DNA of 64,000 bases from Candidatus Gastranaerophilales bacterium (GTDB taxonomy: Bacteria; Cyanobacteriota; Vampirovibrionia; Gastranaerophilales; JAILCC01): the NCBI GenBank assembly GCA_045598245.1, contig JAZLLQ010000042.1:2976-66975 (forward strand), given 5' to 3'. A program made the translations under genes and the position numbers. The stretch's first letter is position 1. Each line of letters opens with the position of its first letter. Below the pieces are notes generated by a model, which saw only the letters and a program-made list of their open reading frames with translations, was not told where the DNA came from and searched no databases. Positions 48,357 to 57,438 of the stretch are shown one piece after another.

Positions 48357-48965
48357 ATGTGTGAAATATTTAGCATCATTGGGGGTGCTATTTTAGGTGC
48401 TATAGGAGTTACTGGAGCATCAGCTGCTGTTACTACAGGGGTTGGTGTTGCTACTGCTGCTATTGGTGGTGCTGCTATTGGTGCTGGTGCTGGTATGGCT
48501 ACTTCTGCTATTGCTGGTGGGGATATTGGAAAAGGAGCTTTATTTGGAGCTTTGGGTGGTGGTATTTTTGCTCCGGTTGGTGCTGCTGCTGGTGCTGCTT
48601 TTGGAGCTGCTGGTGGTACTTTAGCTGGTGTAGCTGTAGGACAAACTGCTGGTGGTGTTGGTGGTGCTATAGCTGGTAGTGCTATTGGTGGTTTAACAGG
48701 TGGTGTTGTATCAAATATAAGAGCATCAAAAAATGCTAGTGCTGTTAATTCAGCCTTAGCTCAAAGTGCTTTAAATAATAGTATGAAAACCACTTCACAG
48801 GTAGAAGCTACTGAAAGATTTTCAAGAACAGCTGATTCCATAAAAGATAAAGGTTTATTAAAAAGAACATTAAGTTCTTTAAGAATCCCAATGAATAAAT
48901 CAACCTCAAGTGTTGGTTTAAATACAGGGGAATCAACAACTACAACAGGATTAAATATAGCATAG
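48357..48965 (+). CDS. Gly/Ala-rich glycine-zipper protein in the T7 gp7.3 position
   Basis: 202 aa. It begins MCEIFSIIGGAILGAIG. About 120 aa are G/A/V/T repeats, and it ends TTTTGLNIA (my recollection of T7 gp7.3 is that it ends ...SSGGGINI). It lies immediately upstream of the portal gene. Confidence 0.55.
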   Translation: MCEIFSIIGGAILGAIGVTGASAAVTTGVGVATAAIGGAAIGAGAGMATSAIAGGDIGKGALFGALGGGIFAPVGAAAGAAFGAAGGTLAGVAVGQTAGGVGGAIAGSAIGGLTGGVVSNIRASKNASAVNSALAQSALNNSMKTTSQVEATERFSRTADSIKDKGLLKRTLSSLRIPMNKSTSSVGLNTGESTTTTGLNIA

Positions 48966-48974
48966 GTGGAATAG

Positions 48975-50585
48975 ATGGAAGATATTAAATTACACAATCC
49001 TTCACTTGCAACAATGTATGAAAGAATGAAAACGGATAGACAGCAATATTTAGATAAAGCTAGAGAAGCTGCTAAATATACAATTCCATCTTTAATTACT
49101 GATGAGTATAATGCTACTCCAAAAGTAATTGAAACACCTCACCAATCTGTAGGTGCTGATGGAGTAAATAATCTATCGGCAAAAACTACATTGGCTTTAT
49201 TACCACCAAATCAACCATTTTATAAATTTACAATGGATGATTTGACATTAAATCGACAAGCAAAAGAAATCGGACAGAATAAGTCTGAGTTTGAAGCAGA
49301 TGTTGTTAAAGGATTATCAACAGTTGAAAAAATGCTTACCGATTATAATGAACAACATGGTGATAGAGTTTGCTTTGGTGAAGCACAAAAACATGAGTAT
49401 GTAGCTGGAAATGTTATGCTGGTTCATACTCCTAAAGATGGTTTAAAATATTATCCGTTATCTCGATATGTTGTTAAAAGAGATTATGTAGGTAATGTAT
49501 TAAAAGCAATAACACAAGAAACAATCAATTTCTATGCACTTCCTTTTGAAATGCAAGATGCTGTTTTAACTCAAATTGCTACAGAAGAAAAGAAAGATAC
49601 TGAAACTGTACAAAAAGAATTAAAAGAAAAAGATGTTGATTTGTTTACAGGTTATATAAGAAAAGGAAAGACTTGGGAAACTTGGCAAGAAGTTAAAGGT
49701 GTAGAAGTACCAAAATCAAGAGGTAAATATCCTATAGATATATGTCCTTTTACAGCTTTAAGATATACGAGCATTGATGGTGAATCTTATGGTCGTGGTC
49801 TTATTGAAGAATATATTGGTGATATTTCTTACTTAGATACACTTTCCTTAGCAATAAAAGAAACAAGCTTAGCTGCTGCTAAGTTACTTATTTTGGTATC
49901 TCCTAACGGAGTAACTAAAATAAAATCCTTAGCTAAAGCTAAAAATGGTGATTTTGTAGTTGGTAGAGCTGAAGATGTACAAGCTTTACAAACACAAAAA
50001 TATTATGATTTGAATACTGCTCAGGCAGAATCAGATAAAATTGAAAGAAGATTAAATAGAATTTTCTTATTAAAAGCAGCTATCCAAAGAGATGCTGAAA
50101 GAGTTACAGCTGAAGAAATAAGAGAGATGGCTAAAGACTTGGATGAAGCTCATGGTAATTTGTATTCCGTAATGAGTAAAGAGTTTCAATATTGGTATGT
50201 AAAAATCTCTTATTATCACATGAGAAAAGAAAAAGGTAATTTATTACCGGATTTAATTAAAGATAAAAATATTAAATTAACTGTAACTACTGGGTTAGAA
50301 GCATTGGGTAGAGGTTCTGAATTAACAAAATGGGCTACATTCTTCGATATTATGGCGAAGTTTGCTCAAGCTGCTCAAATTACCGGAGCTAAGATTGAAC
50401 CTTTAGCTGCTAAAGTTGCTGCTAGTCTTAATCTTGATATTGAAGGTGTATTCTACACTGAAGAAGAAAAGGCTGAAATGACTAAGCAAGCACAACAACA
50501 ACAATTATTAGAAAAAGCTGCTCCTAATATGGTTAATAAATATGGTGATTTAGTGATGCAGCAACAAAATAAAGAACAAGTATAG
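48975..50585 (+). CDS. portal (head-tail connector) protein, T7 gp8-like
   Basis: 536 aa. Motifs match my recollection of T7 gp8: YTIPSL; DGESYGRGLIEEYIGDI vs DGESYGRSYIEEYLGDL; GDFVVGRAEDV vs GDFVTGRPEDI; ERVTAEEIR identical; TTGLEALGRGSEL vs STGLEAIGRGQDL. Confidence 0.93.
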   Translation: MEDIKLHNPSLATMYERMKTDRQQYLDKAREAAKYTIPSLITDEYNATPKVIETPHQSVGADGVNNLSAKTTLALLPPNQPFYKFTMDDLTLNRQAKEIGQNKSEFEADVVKGLSTVEKMLTDYNEQHGDRVCFGEAQKHEYVAGNVMLVHTPKDGLKYYPLSRYVVKRDYVGNVLKAITQETINFYALPFEMQDAVLTQIATEEKKDTETVQKELKEKDVDLFTGYIRKGKTWETWQEVKGVEVPKSRGKYPIDICPFTALRYTSIDGESYGRGLIEEYIGDISYLDTLSLAIKETSLAAAKLLILVSPNGVTKIKSLAKAKNGDFVVGRAEDVQALQTQKYYDLNTAQAESDKIERRLNRIFLLKAAIQRDAERVTAEEIREMAKDLDEAHGNLYSVMSKEFQYWYVKISYYHMRKEKGNLLPDLIKDKNIKLTVTTGLEALGRGSELTKWATFFDIMAKFAQAAQITGAKIEPLAAKVAASLNLDIEGVFYTEEEKAEMTKQAQQQQLLEKAAPNMVNKYGDLVMQQQNKEQV

Positions 50586-50597
50586 AGGAGATTTTTT

Positions 50598-50846
50598 ATG
50601 GCGAGCAACAAATCAAAAGCCAACAAAGCTAAAACAGAAGTAGCAAAAGTTGAACCAAAAGTTGAAGAAACTGAAGAAGTAGATGAATCAGTTGTTGAAG
50701 AAGAAATTATTGATTCTGAAATTGAAAATTTAACAGCTAAAACAGAAGTAATTGAAAAAGCTATGTCTGAAGTTGAAGAAGTGAAATCAAAAGCTCAAAA
50801 AGAATATGATGAAGCTTTTGCATCATTGGTTATTGTTAGAAATTAG
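50598..50846 (+). CDS. small highly acidic phage protein
   Basis: 82 aa, E/D-rich, with RBS GGAG upstream. It lies between the portal and scaffold genes. Confidence 0.5.
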   Translation: MASNKSKANKAKTEVAKVEPKVEETEEVDESVVEEEIIDSEIENLTAKTEVIEKAMSEVEEVKSKAQKEYDEAFASLVIVRN

Positions 50847-50860
50847 GATTGTTTTATTTT

Positions 50861-51667
50861 ATGGATGAAAAAGATAAAGAACAGACTACCAGTGAAGAAA
50901 AAGTTGATGAAACTGTAGAAACTGGTGGTACTCCTGATGAAGCTAATGGAAGTGTGAAGGAAGAAAATAGCTCATCAGAAGAAAAGGGAAATGAAGAAGC
51001 TGACACAGATAGTGATAAAGCTGATAAAACACCTGATGAAAATTCTGATAATGAAGAATCTGATAATGACGAAACTGAAGATAAAGAAGCTGATGAAGAA
51101 ATCACAGCTGATAAAGCTAAAGAAGCTACAGTTGATAAAGCTACAAATGTTTTAAAAGACAAAGGTTTTGATTATGCAGAGCTTCAAAAAGAATTTAATG
51201 AAAAAGGTGAGATTTCAAAAGAAACAAAAGAAAAATTAGCTGAAGTAGGTATCACTGAAGAAATATTTGATAACTATGTTGAAGGACAAAAAGCAAGAGT
51301 TGAAAGAGAATTAGATGAACTTGCTGTTTGTGTGGGTGGTAGAGCCATTATGAATCAAGTAATTCAATGGGCTGCTGCTAATATTTCTGATGAAGAAAAA
51401 GCATCAATAAATAAAATTACTGATGCTAATGTTATGAAAGTTTATTTAAAGGATTTAAAGAATCGTATGGAAGAAAAAGAAGGAAAAGTACCTGAAACTC
51501 AATTAAATGGTGAAGGTGGTAAACCGGCTGTAGAAATGTTTGAATCTCAAGCACAAATGTTTGAAGCAATAAGAGACCCTAGATATAAAAAAGATGAAGT
51601 TTATAGAGCCAAAGTTATGAAGAAAATCCAAGCTAGTAGGGAAGCTGGGATAGATTTAGGAATATAG
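50861..51667 (+). CDS. capsid scaffolding protein, T7 gp9-like
   Basis: 268 aa from MDEKDKEQ (the track starts at TTG 50849). An acidic N-terminal half. The C-terminal FESQAQMFEAIRDPRYKKDEVYRAKVMKKIQAS matches T7 gp9 FADRSEMIKAMSDPRYRTDANYRRQVEQKVIDS. Confidence 0.85.
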   Translation: MDEKDKEQTTSEEKVDETVETGGTPDEANGSVKEENSSSEEKGNEEADTDSDKADKTPDENSDNEESDNDETEDKEADEEITADKAKEATVDKATNVLKDKGFDYAELQKEFNEKGEISKETKEKLAEVGITEEIFDNYVEGQKARVERELDELAVCVGGRAIMNQVIQWAAANISDEEKASINKITDANVMKVYLKDLKNRMEEKEGKVPETQLNGEGGKPAVEMFESQAQMFEAIRDPRYKKDEVYRAKVMKKIQASREAGIDLGI

Positions 51668-51679
51668 GAGAGATAAGAA

Positions 51680-52654
51680 ATGACAGACCCAACACCATTC
51701 GGTGATGTTAGTTTGAACCGATTAGGTCAAAGAAATTTAACTGGTGATGTAGATGCTCTTTTTAGAGACCAGCTCATCCCTGAAATCCTAACAGAATTTG
51801 ACCAACAAAGAGTTGTTAAAAATTATGTTAGAAGCAAAACTATTACCAAAGGTAAATCAGCATCATTCCCAGTATTAGGTGCTACTGGTGCAAAATATGT
51901 AACTGCTGGTGAAGCTTTACTTGGTAATCAAAAAGTTGCACAAAATGAAATCACTATCAATATTGACCCATTCTTAGTATCTGATATTGAAATTGCTGAA
52001 ATTGATACTTTGATGGCTGAATATGATAACAGAGCTGAAATTGCTCGTGAAATGGGTAGAGCATTGGCTAACACTGAAGATAAACAATTACTTCAAGTTG
52101 GTGTATTGGCTGCTCGTGCTTCAGGAATTGTTACAGGTCGTGAAGGTGGTTCTGTAATCCATTCTGCTGGTTGTAAAACTGATGCTGCTAAATTAGCTGC
52201 TGCTATTTATGCTGCTGGTGTAGAATTGGATGAAAAGAATGTACCTTTTGAAGATAGATTCTGCTTCATTAAACCTATGCAATTTGCTTTGCTTGCTCAA
52301 TATGACAAGATTGCAGATAAAAACTTAGGTGGTGGTAGCTATTCTTCAGGTAAACCATCTGATTTGAACAATATCCAAATTATCAAAACAAATCATTTAC
52401 CTGACACTAATATAGCTCAAGGTGAAGGAGTACAACCTAATAACATTTATTATGGTGATTTCTCTAACACTGCTGCATTAGTTATGAATCGTCAAGCTGT
52501 AGGTACAGTTTCTCTTAAAGGATTAACAGTTGAAAAGAACTGGGATTTCAGAAGATTAACATGGTTGCTTACTGCTCGTGTTCTTCAAGGTCATGGTATC
52601 TTGAGACCTGAATGTGCTGTTGAAATTGCTAATGATGCAGCTTCAGGTTCATAA
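51680..52654 (+). CDS. major capsid protein, T7 gp10-like
   Basis: 324 aa. VRSKTITKGKSASFPVLG matches VRSISSGKSAQFPVLG. MNRQAVGTVSLKGL matches MHRSAVGTVKLRDL. QGHGILRPECA matches MGHGGLRPEAA. Confidence 0.93.
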   Translation: MTDPTPFGDVSLNRLGQRNLTGDVDALFRDQLIPEILTEFDQQRVVKNYVRSKTITKGKSASFPVLGATGAKYVTAGEALLGNQKVAQNEITINIDPFLVSDIEIAEIDTLMAEYDNRAEIAREMGRALANTEDKQLLQVGVLAARASGIVTGREGGSVIHSAGCKTDAAKLAAAIYAAGVELDEKNVPFEDRFCFIKPMQFALLAQYDKIADKNLGGGSYSSGKPSDLNNIQIIKTNHLPDTNIAQGEGVQPNNIYYGDFSNTAALVMNRQAVGTVSLKGLTVEKNWDFRRLTWLLTARVLQGHGILRPECAVEIANDAASGS

Positions 52655-52689
52655 TATAGAGTTCGCTTGATAAATTTTTATACTTCTTT

Positions 52690-52721
52690 AGGGTAGCTAG
52701 AAATGGCTACCCTATTTTTTT
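52690..52721 (+). terminator. strong terminator immediately after the capsid gene (analogous position to T7 T-phi)
   Basis: agggtagc-tagaaatg-gctaccct followed by attttttt. Confidence 0.75.
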
Positions 52722-52735
52722 AATTTAGGAGAAAT

Positions 52736-53542
52736 ATGATACATATATGTTTTAATTTAGATGAAAAATATGTAAATCCTTGTAAAGTTCTAATCAGAGA
52801 AATCACAGCAACTACAAAGGAAAAATGTACTTTTCACTTTATAGGAATTGATAAAAGAGATATGGGAACTACAAGCACTTGTGTATTTTATCCTAAACCT
52901 GATTTATCTTATTTTAATGCTGAGAATTTAAAAGACTATAATTATTTTTCTCAAGCAGCTATGTATAGATTGTTAATACCTTTTTTAGTAAAAACTGATA
53001 GAGCAATTTATTTAGATATAGATGTTGTTGTTTTAAAAGATATTAAATCATTATGGGATAAAGATATTGACTTAGTTGGTGCTACTATAGACCCTTGTGA
53101 TATTTACCATAATAAAAGATTAGGACTTGATGCTGAATCTTATTTTAATTCAGGTGTTATTGTATTTAATTCAAAAAGAATAAGAGAAGAAATGCCGGAT
53201 TATAAAGAAAGAATATTAAAAGCACAAGAAGATTATGTTTTAGATTTAAAAGACCAAGATATATTCAATGTGGTTTTTAATAAACACATTACATCTTTAG
53301 GTTATGAATTTAATATTGATGCTCATAATTTAAAAGAAAATACAGAATCTAAAGCTGTTTCAAAAGCTAAAGACAAAGCTTTTAAAAACCCTACGATAGT
53401 TCATTGTATGGGTAAAGAAAAATGGTGGACATTATATGGTTTAGATTTTGGTGATTATTGGGATAAATATGCCAAAGAATTAACACCAAAATATAGAAAA
53501 CAATGTATTGTCAAAGGCGATTTATGGATAGTAAGGAATTAA
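52736..53542 (+). CDS. family 8 glycosyltransferase (moron)
   Basis: 268 aa. GT8 pattern: HICFNLDEKYV, AAMYRLLIP, YLDIDVVVLKDIKSLW (DxD), FNSGVIVFN. Confidence 0.85.
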   Translation: MIHICFNLDEKYVNPCKVLIREITATTKEKCTFHFIGIDKRDMGTTSTCVFYPKPDLSYFNAENLKDYNYFSQAAMYRLLIPFLVKTDRAIYLDIDVVVLKDIKSLWDKDIDLVGATIDPCDIYHNKRLGLDAESYFNSGVIVFNSKRIREEMPDYKERILKAQEDYVLDLKDQDIFNVVFNKHITSLGYEFNIDAHNLKENTESKAVSKAKDKAFKNPTIVHCMGKEKWWTLYGLDFGDYWDKYAKELTPKYRKQCIVKGDLWIVRN

Positions 53543-53544
53543 AA

Positions 53545-54108
53545 ATGACTACAAAACTAGAAGCAATAAATGAAATGTTAGCTTGTGTTGGTCAATCCCC
53601 CTTAGATAGCTTAGAAGGTACTAAAAGTTATTTTACAATGACTGCTGAAAATATCTTAGAAAGTGAAAATAAAAGAGTTCAACTTTTTGGTTGGGATTTT
53701 AACACTGAAGAACACTATAGATTAACTCCGGATGTAAATGGAATTATATCTGTAGCTGATGATATGTTATCAGTCAAAGATAGTGAATACTATAGAGAAA
53801 GATATGTCATTAGAAAAGGTAAATTATATGATAAGTTAAAACATACATTTACCATAACAGAACCTATAGATGCAACTGTAATCTTCTGTTTTGATTATGA
53901 AGAACTCCCTGAAGCTGCAAGAATCTATATTAAGATGTCTGCTGCTTATAAATTCTGTAAAAAAGAATTAGGTTCTGATAAAGCATGTCAATACACTCAA
54001 GAAGATTTAGTTGAAGCTTACTGGGCTATGCAAGAATTTGAACTAAGCACAGGAAACTATAATATTTTAAATGAATTTTATGATGGAACAATAAGGAGTA
54101 ATATATAA
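53545..54108 (+). CDS. tail tubular protein A, T7 gp11-like
   Basis: 187 aa from MTTKLEAINEML (the track starts at 53503, overlapping GT8). INEMLACVGQSPLDSLEG matches T7 VNDILASIGEPPVSTLEG. GWDFNTEE matches GWTFNIEE. Confidence 0.85.
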   Translation: MTTKLEAINEMLACVGQSPLDSLEGTKSYFTMTAENILESENKRVQLFGWDFNTEEHYRLTPDVNGIISVADDMLSVKDSEYYRERYVIRKGKLYDKLKHTFTITEPIDATVIFCFDYEELPEAARIYIKMSAAYKFCKKELGSDKACQYTQEDLVEAYWAMQEFELSTGNYNILNEFYDGTIRSNI

Positions 54109-56426
54109 TGAGTTTGGTTAATGATACAATATCTAATTTTGTTGGTGGTGTATCGCAGCAACCTGATAAAATAATGTACCCTAACCAAGCAAAATCTCTT
54201 GAAAATTATCTTTTAAGTATTTCAGATGGGTTGCAAAAAAGACCACCGGCTGAATTAGTTAAAAAGTTAATGAATCCATTAACAATTCATCCAAAAACAC
54301 ATACTATAATAAAAGAAAATGAAACATATACAGTATTATTCACAGGTAGTGGAATTAAAGTATTTGATTTTGATGGTAATGAAAAAGAAGTTAATATAGA
54401 GACAGGTTCTCTCCCTTATATTACATCTTTAGACCCTTTAAAAGAATTAGATGCTTCAACAATCGGTGATTATACTTTTGTTGTTAATAAGACAAAAGTA
54501 GTTAAATTAAGTACAGATTTATCCCCTAATACTCATAGTAATACAGCTTTAATATTTGTGAGACAAGGTGATTATACAACAGATTATAAAATAACTATTA
54601 ATGGAGAAGTAAAAGCTACTTATACAACAACAGACCGACCTGAAAGCACAAAAACCAATGAAATCGCAACACAATTAAGAAATCAATTAAGAGACAATTT
54701 AGGTGATGGTTGGGTTACATCAATAAAAAACTCTTGTATTTCAGTTAAGAAAAGTAATAATACAGCTTTTACCATATTAGCTACAGACAGTAATGCCGAT
54801 TATAATTTATATGCTTTTTATAAAGAAGCTAATAGCTTACAAACATTACCGGTAGTAGCTCCAAATGGATTTATCTTAAAAATTGTAGGTGAGCAAGTTG
54901 CTGTAGAAGATGACTATTATGTTAAATTTGAAACAACAGATGGTTCATCTTTTGGTAGTGGAACATGGGTTGAATGTTCAGCTCCAAATATTAAATATAA
55001 ACTTGATGCTTCTACAATGCCACATGGTTTAGTTAGAAATGCTAATGGTACATTTACATTTAAACAATTAGATTGGACACCAAGAGGTGCTGGGGATGAA
55101 AAATCAGCTCCAAGTCCATCTTTTATAGGTAATACAATTCAAGAAGTATTTACTCACAAAGGAAGATTAGCTTTTATTTCAGCTGATAAATCTAGTTATT
55201 CTGATACACAAGATATTTTCAGCTTCTTTAAAAAGACTACACAGACAGAATTAGATACAGACCCTATAGATGTAACCTCTAACTCAAAAATGGTTGATTT
55301 AAAGCACTCCCTCGCCTTTAATGAGGAGTTATTATTATTCTCACCAACTACAGAGTTTACATTGAGAGGTGGAGATATATTCTCAAATGGAACAGTAGCT
55401 ATTGATTTAGCTATGAATTATCAATGTTCTTCAAACTGTAAACCTGTCAATGCTGGTAATACAGCTTTCTTCTTATTTGAGAATGGTGAATATTCAAAGA
55501 TGATGGAAGTTTATGTTACTTCAACATATAATTTAGATGCAAGAGAAGTAACAGAACAATGTCCAAGTTATTTACCTAAAAATATTTATAAAATAGCAAG
55601 CTCAACAGCTAACAATATAGCTTGTCTATTATCAACAGAACACAGAGATACAATATATTGTTATAACTATTATTATAATTCAGAACAAAAAGCTCAATCA
55701 GCTTGGAGTAAATGTGTATTTGATAATGCTCAAATCTTAAATGCTGATTTCCATGATAACTGGTTATATTTAGTTGTACAATATTCAGATGGTGTTTATT
55801 TCTTAAAGATGAACTTTTCACCTAAAAATAAAGAATCAGATTTAGATTATTTATTCTTCTTAGATAGAAAAGTTTATTTAGATTCAGACAATTTAATTTA
55901 TGATGATTTAACAAACACAACAGCTTTCACACTTCCTTATGCACTGGATAATGAATTAACAGTATTGGAAGAAAGAGGATTCCCTCTTGATTATATTATT
56001 GATGATAATATGGTCATTGTTGAAGGTGAATATAATAAATTGATTGTTGGAAATACTTATGATTCTAATTGGAAATTAAGTAAAATATTTGTTAGACAAC
56101 AATCTTCTAATGGTGGTTTAAAGGTTAAAGAAGGTATTTTGATGTTAAGAGACATCAATTTAACTTATGCTAATTCAGGATATTTTAAAGTAAAAGTTAC
56201 TCCAAAATATTCTACAGCTATAACTTCAATATTTGAATTTACCGGTAAAATTACAGGTTTAGTATCTGCAACTTTAGAGCAAATTCCTGTATCTGATGGT
56301 ACATTCTTGATTCCTATTGCATCTAAAAATGATGAAATAGATATAGAAGTTATCAATGATAGTTATTTACCTTCTGATTTTCTATCATTAGAATGGTTAG
56401 GAGATTTTGTTATTCGTGGACAATAA
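54108..56426 (+). CDS. tail tubular protein B, T7 gp12-like
   Basis: 772 aa. The N-terminus MSLVNDTISNFVGGVSQQPDKIMYPNQ...DGLQKRPP matches T7 MALISQSIKNLKGGISQQPDILRYPDQ...EGLQKRPP. Confidence 0.9.
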   Translation: MSLVNDTISNFVGGVSQQPDKIMYPNQAKSLENYLLSISDGLQKRPPAELVKKLMNPLTIHPKTHTIIKENETYTVLFTGSGIKVFDFDGNEKEVNIETGSLPYITSLDPLKELDASTIGDYTFVVNKTKVVKLSTDLSPNTHSNTALIFVRQGDYTTDYKITINGEVKATYTTTDRPESTKTNEIATQLRNQLRDNLGDGWVTSIKNSCISVKKSNNTAFTILATDSNADYNLYAFYKEANSLQTLPVVAPNGFILKIVGEQVAVEDDYYVKFETTDGSSFGSGTWVECSAPNIKYKLDASTMPHGLVRNANGTFTFKQLDWTPRGAGDEKSAPSPSFIGNTIQEVFTHKGRLAFISADKSSYSDTQDIFSFFKKTTQTELDTDPIDVTSNSKMVDLKHSLAFNEELLLFSPTTEFTLRGGDIFSNGTVAIDLAMNYQCSSNCKPVNAGNTAFFLFENGEYSKMMEVYVTSTYNLDAREVTEQCPSYLPKNIYKIASSTANNIACLLSTEHRDTIYCYNYYYNSEQKAQSAWSKCVFDNAQILNADFHDNWLYLVVQYSDGVYFLKMNFSPKNKESDLDYLFFLDRKVYLDSDNLIYDDLTNTTAFTLPYALDNELTVLEERGFPLDYIIDDNMVIVEGEYNKLIVGNTYDSNWKLSKIFVRQQSSNGGLKVKEGILMLRDINLTYANSGYFKVKVTPKYSTAITSIFEFTGKITGLVSATLEQIPVSDGTFLIPIASKNDEIDIEVINDSYLPSDFLSLEWLGDFVIRGQ

Positions 56427-56877
56427 AGTTAAAATTATATCATCAACCTTAGATGATGTATTCTCACTTGAGAATCGTCTAAGGTTGGCTGATATAAATG
56501 AGGTGAAGGCATTAGGAAGCAATCCTAGAAAAGCTTTACTAATGGGTTATATTTATTCAGATGAATGTTTCTCCGTATGGGCGAACAATAAAGTAATAGG
56601 AATGTTTGGTGTAAGTTCTTGGGAGTTACCTAAAGGCTTTGCTAGTATATGGTTTTTAGGTTCAAAAGAATGTAAAGACCATCCGGTTACTTTTGTAAAA
56701 GAAGGAATAAAATATACAAAAGAAAAATTATTAAAATACGACATTTTAGTTAATTGTGTAGATGCTCGAAACACTGATAGTTTAAAGTGGTTGAAGGCAA
56801 TCGGTATGAATTTATCAAGTTCAATTTTTCATAATGGTTATGAATTTATACAATTTTATAAAGTAAAAGGAGTTTAA
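56407..56877 (+). CDS. small phage protein in the gp13 position, possibly with a GNAT-like fold
   Basis: 156-aa ORF (TTG 56407 or GTG 56416 start, overlapping the gp12 end). The alternating beta/alpha pattern VIGMFGV...IWFLGS...LVNCVDARNTDSLKWLKAIGM suggests an acetyltransferase-like fold. No confident family call. Confidence 0.45.
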   Translation: MLFVDNKVKIISSTLDDVFSLENRLRLADINEVKALGSNPRKALLMGYIYSDECFSVWANNKVIGMFGVSSWELPKGFASIWFLGSKECKDHPVTFVKEGIKYTKEKLLKYDILVNCVDARNTDSLKWLKAIGMNLSSSIFHNGYEFIQFYKVKGV

Positions 56878-56882
56878 AATAA

Positions 56883-57428
56883 ATGTGTGATGTAGGAACA
56901 GCTATCTCAGGTATTGGCTTGGGATTACAAGGTGCAAGTGTCATTGGAAACTACATTTCAGATAGACAAGCATCATCAGCATATTCTGATTATCAGGCAT
57001 TACAAACTCAAAGTACACTAAACAACTATATCCAACAAACAAAAGCAATAAATACAAGATATGCACAAGAGCAAGAAGCTACAGGTTTAGAAGTTCAACA
57101 GATTTATTTGAAGAACTTACAAGCAAAAGCTACAGCTCAGGCTTCAGCAGCTTCAAGTGGAGTTGAAGGAAGCACAATAGAAAACTTGTTTAGAGGATAT
57201 GATAGAGCTTCGGCTGTAAGTAATTATGTTGCTGCTAAAAACTTACAAATGAAGGGTATGCAATATAATGAAGAACTTGAAAGTTTAAGAGCTTCAGCAA
57301 TAAGTTCTATAAATTTGCAACAACCTTACTATTCTACAGGAGCTTCTACATTGTTAAGTGGCTTAGGTGGAATGATGTCAAGTTATGCAAATTATGAAGA
57401 AAGAAAAGATAGAATAAAAATATTATAG
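56883..57428 (+). CDS. internal virion protein, T7 gp14-like
   Basis: 181 aa. It begins MCDVGTAISGIGLGLQGASVIG (T7 gp14 begins MCWMAAIPIAISGAQAISG). It is Q/A/S-rich and helical, and its position matches gp14. Confidence 0.65.
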   Translation: MCDVGTAISGIGLGLQGASVIGNYISDRQASSAYSDYQALQTQSTLNNYIQQTKAINTRYAQEQEATGLEVQQIYLKNLQAKATAQASAASSGVEGSTIENLFRGYDRASAVSNYVAAKNLQMKGMQYNEELESLRASAISSINLQQPYYSTGASTLLSGLGGMMSSYANYEERKDRIKIL

Positions 57429-57438
57429 GGGAAAATAG

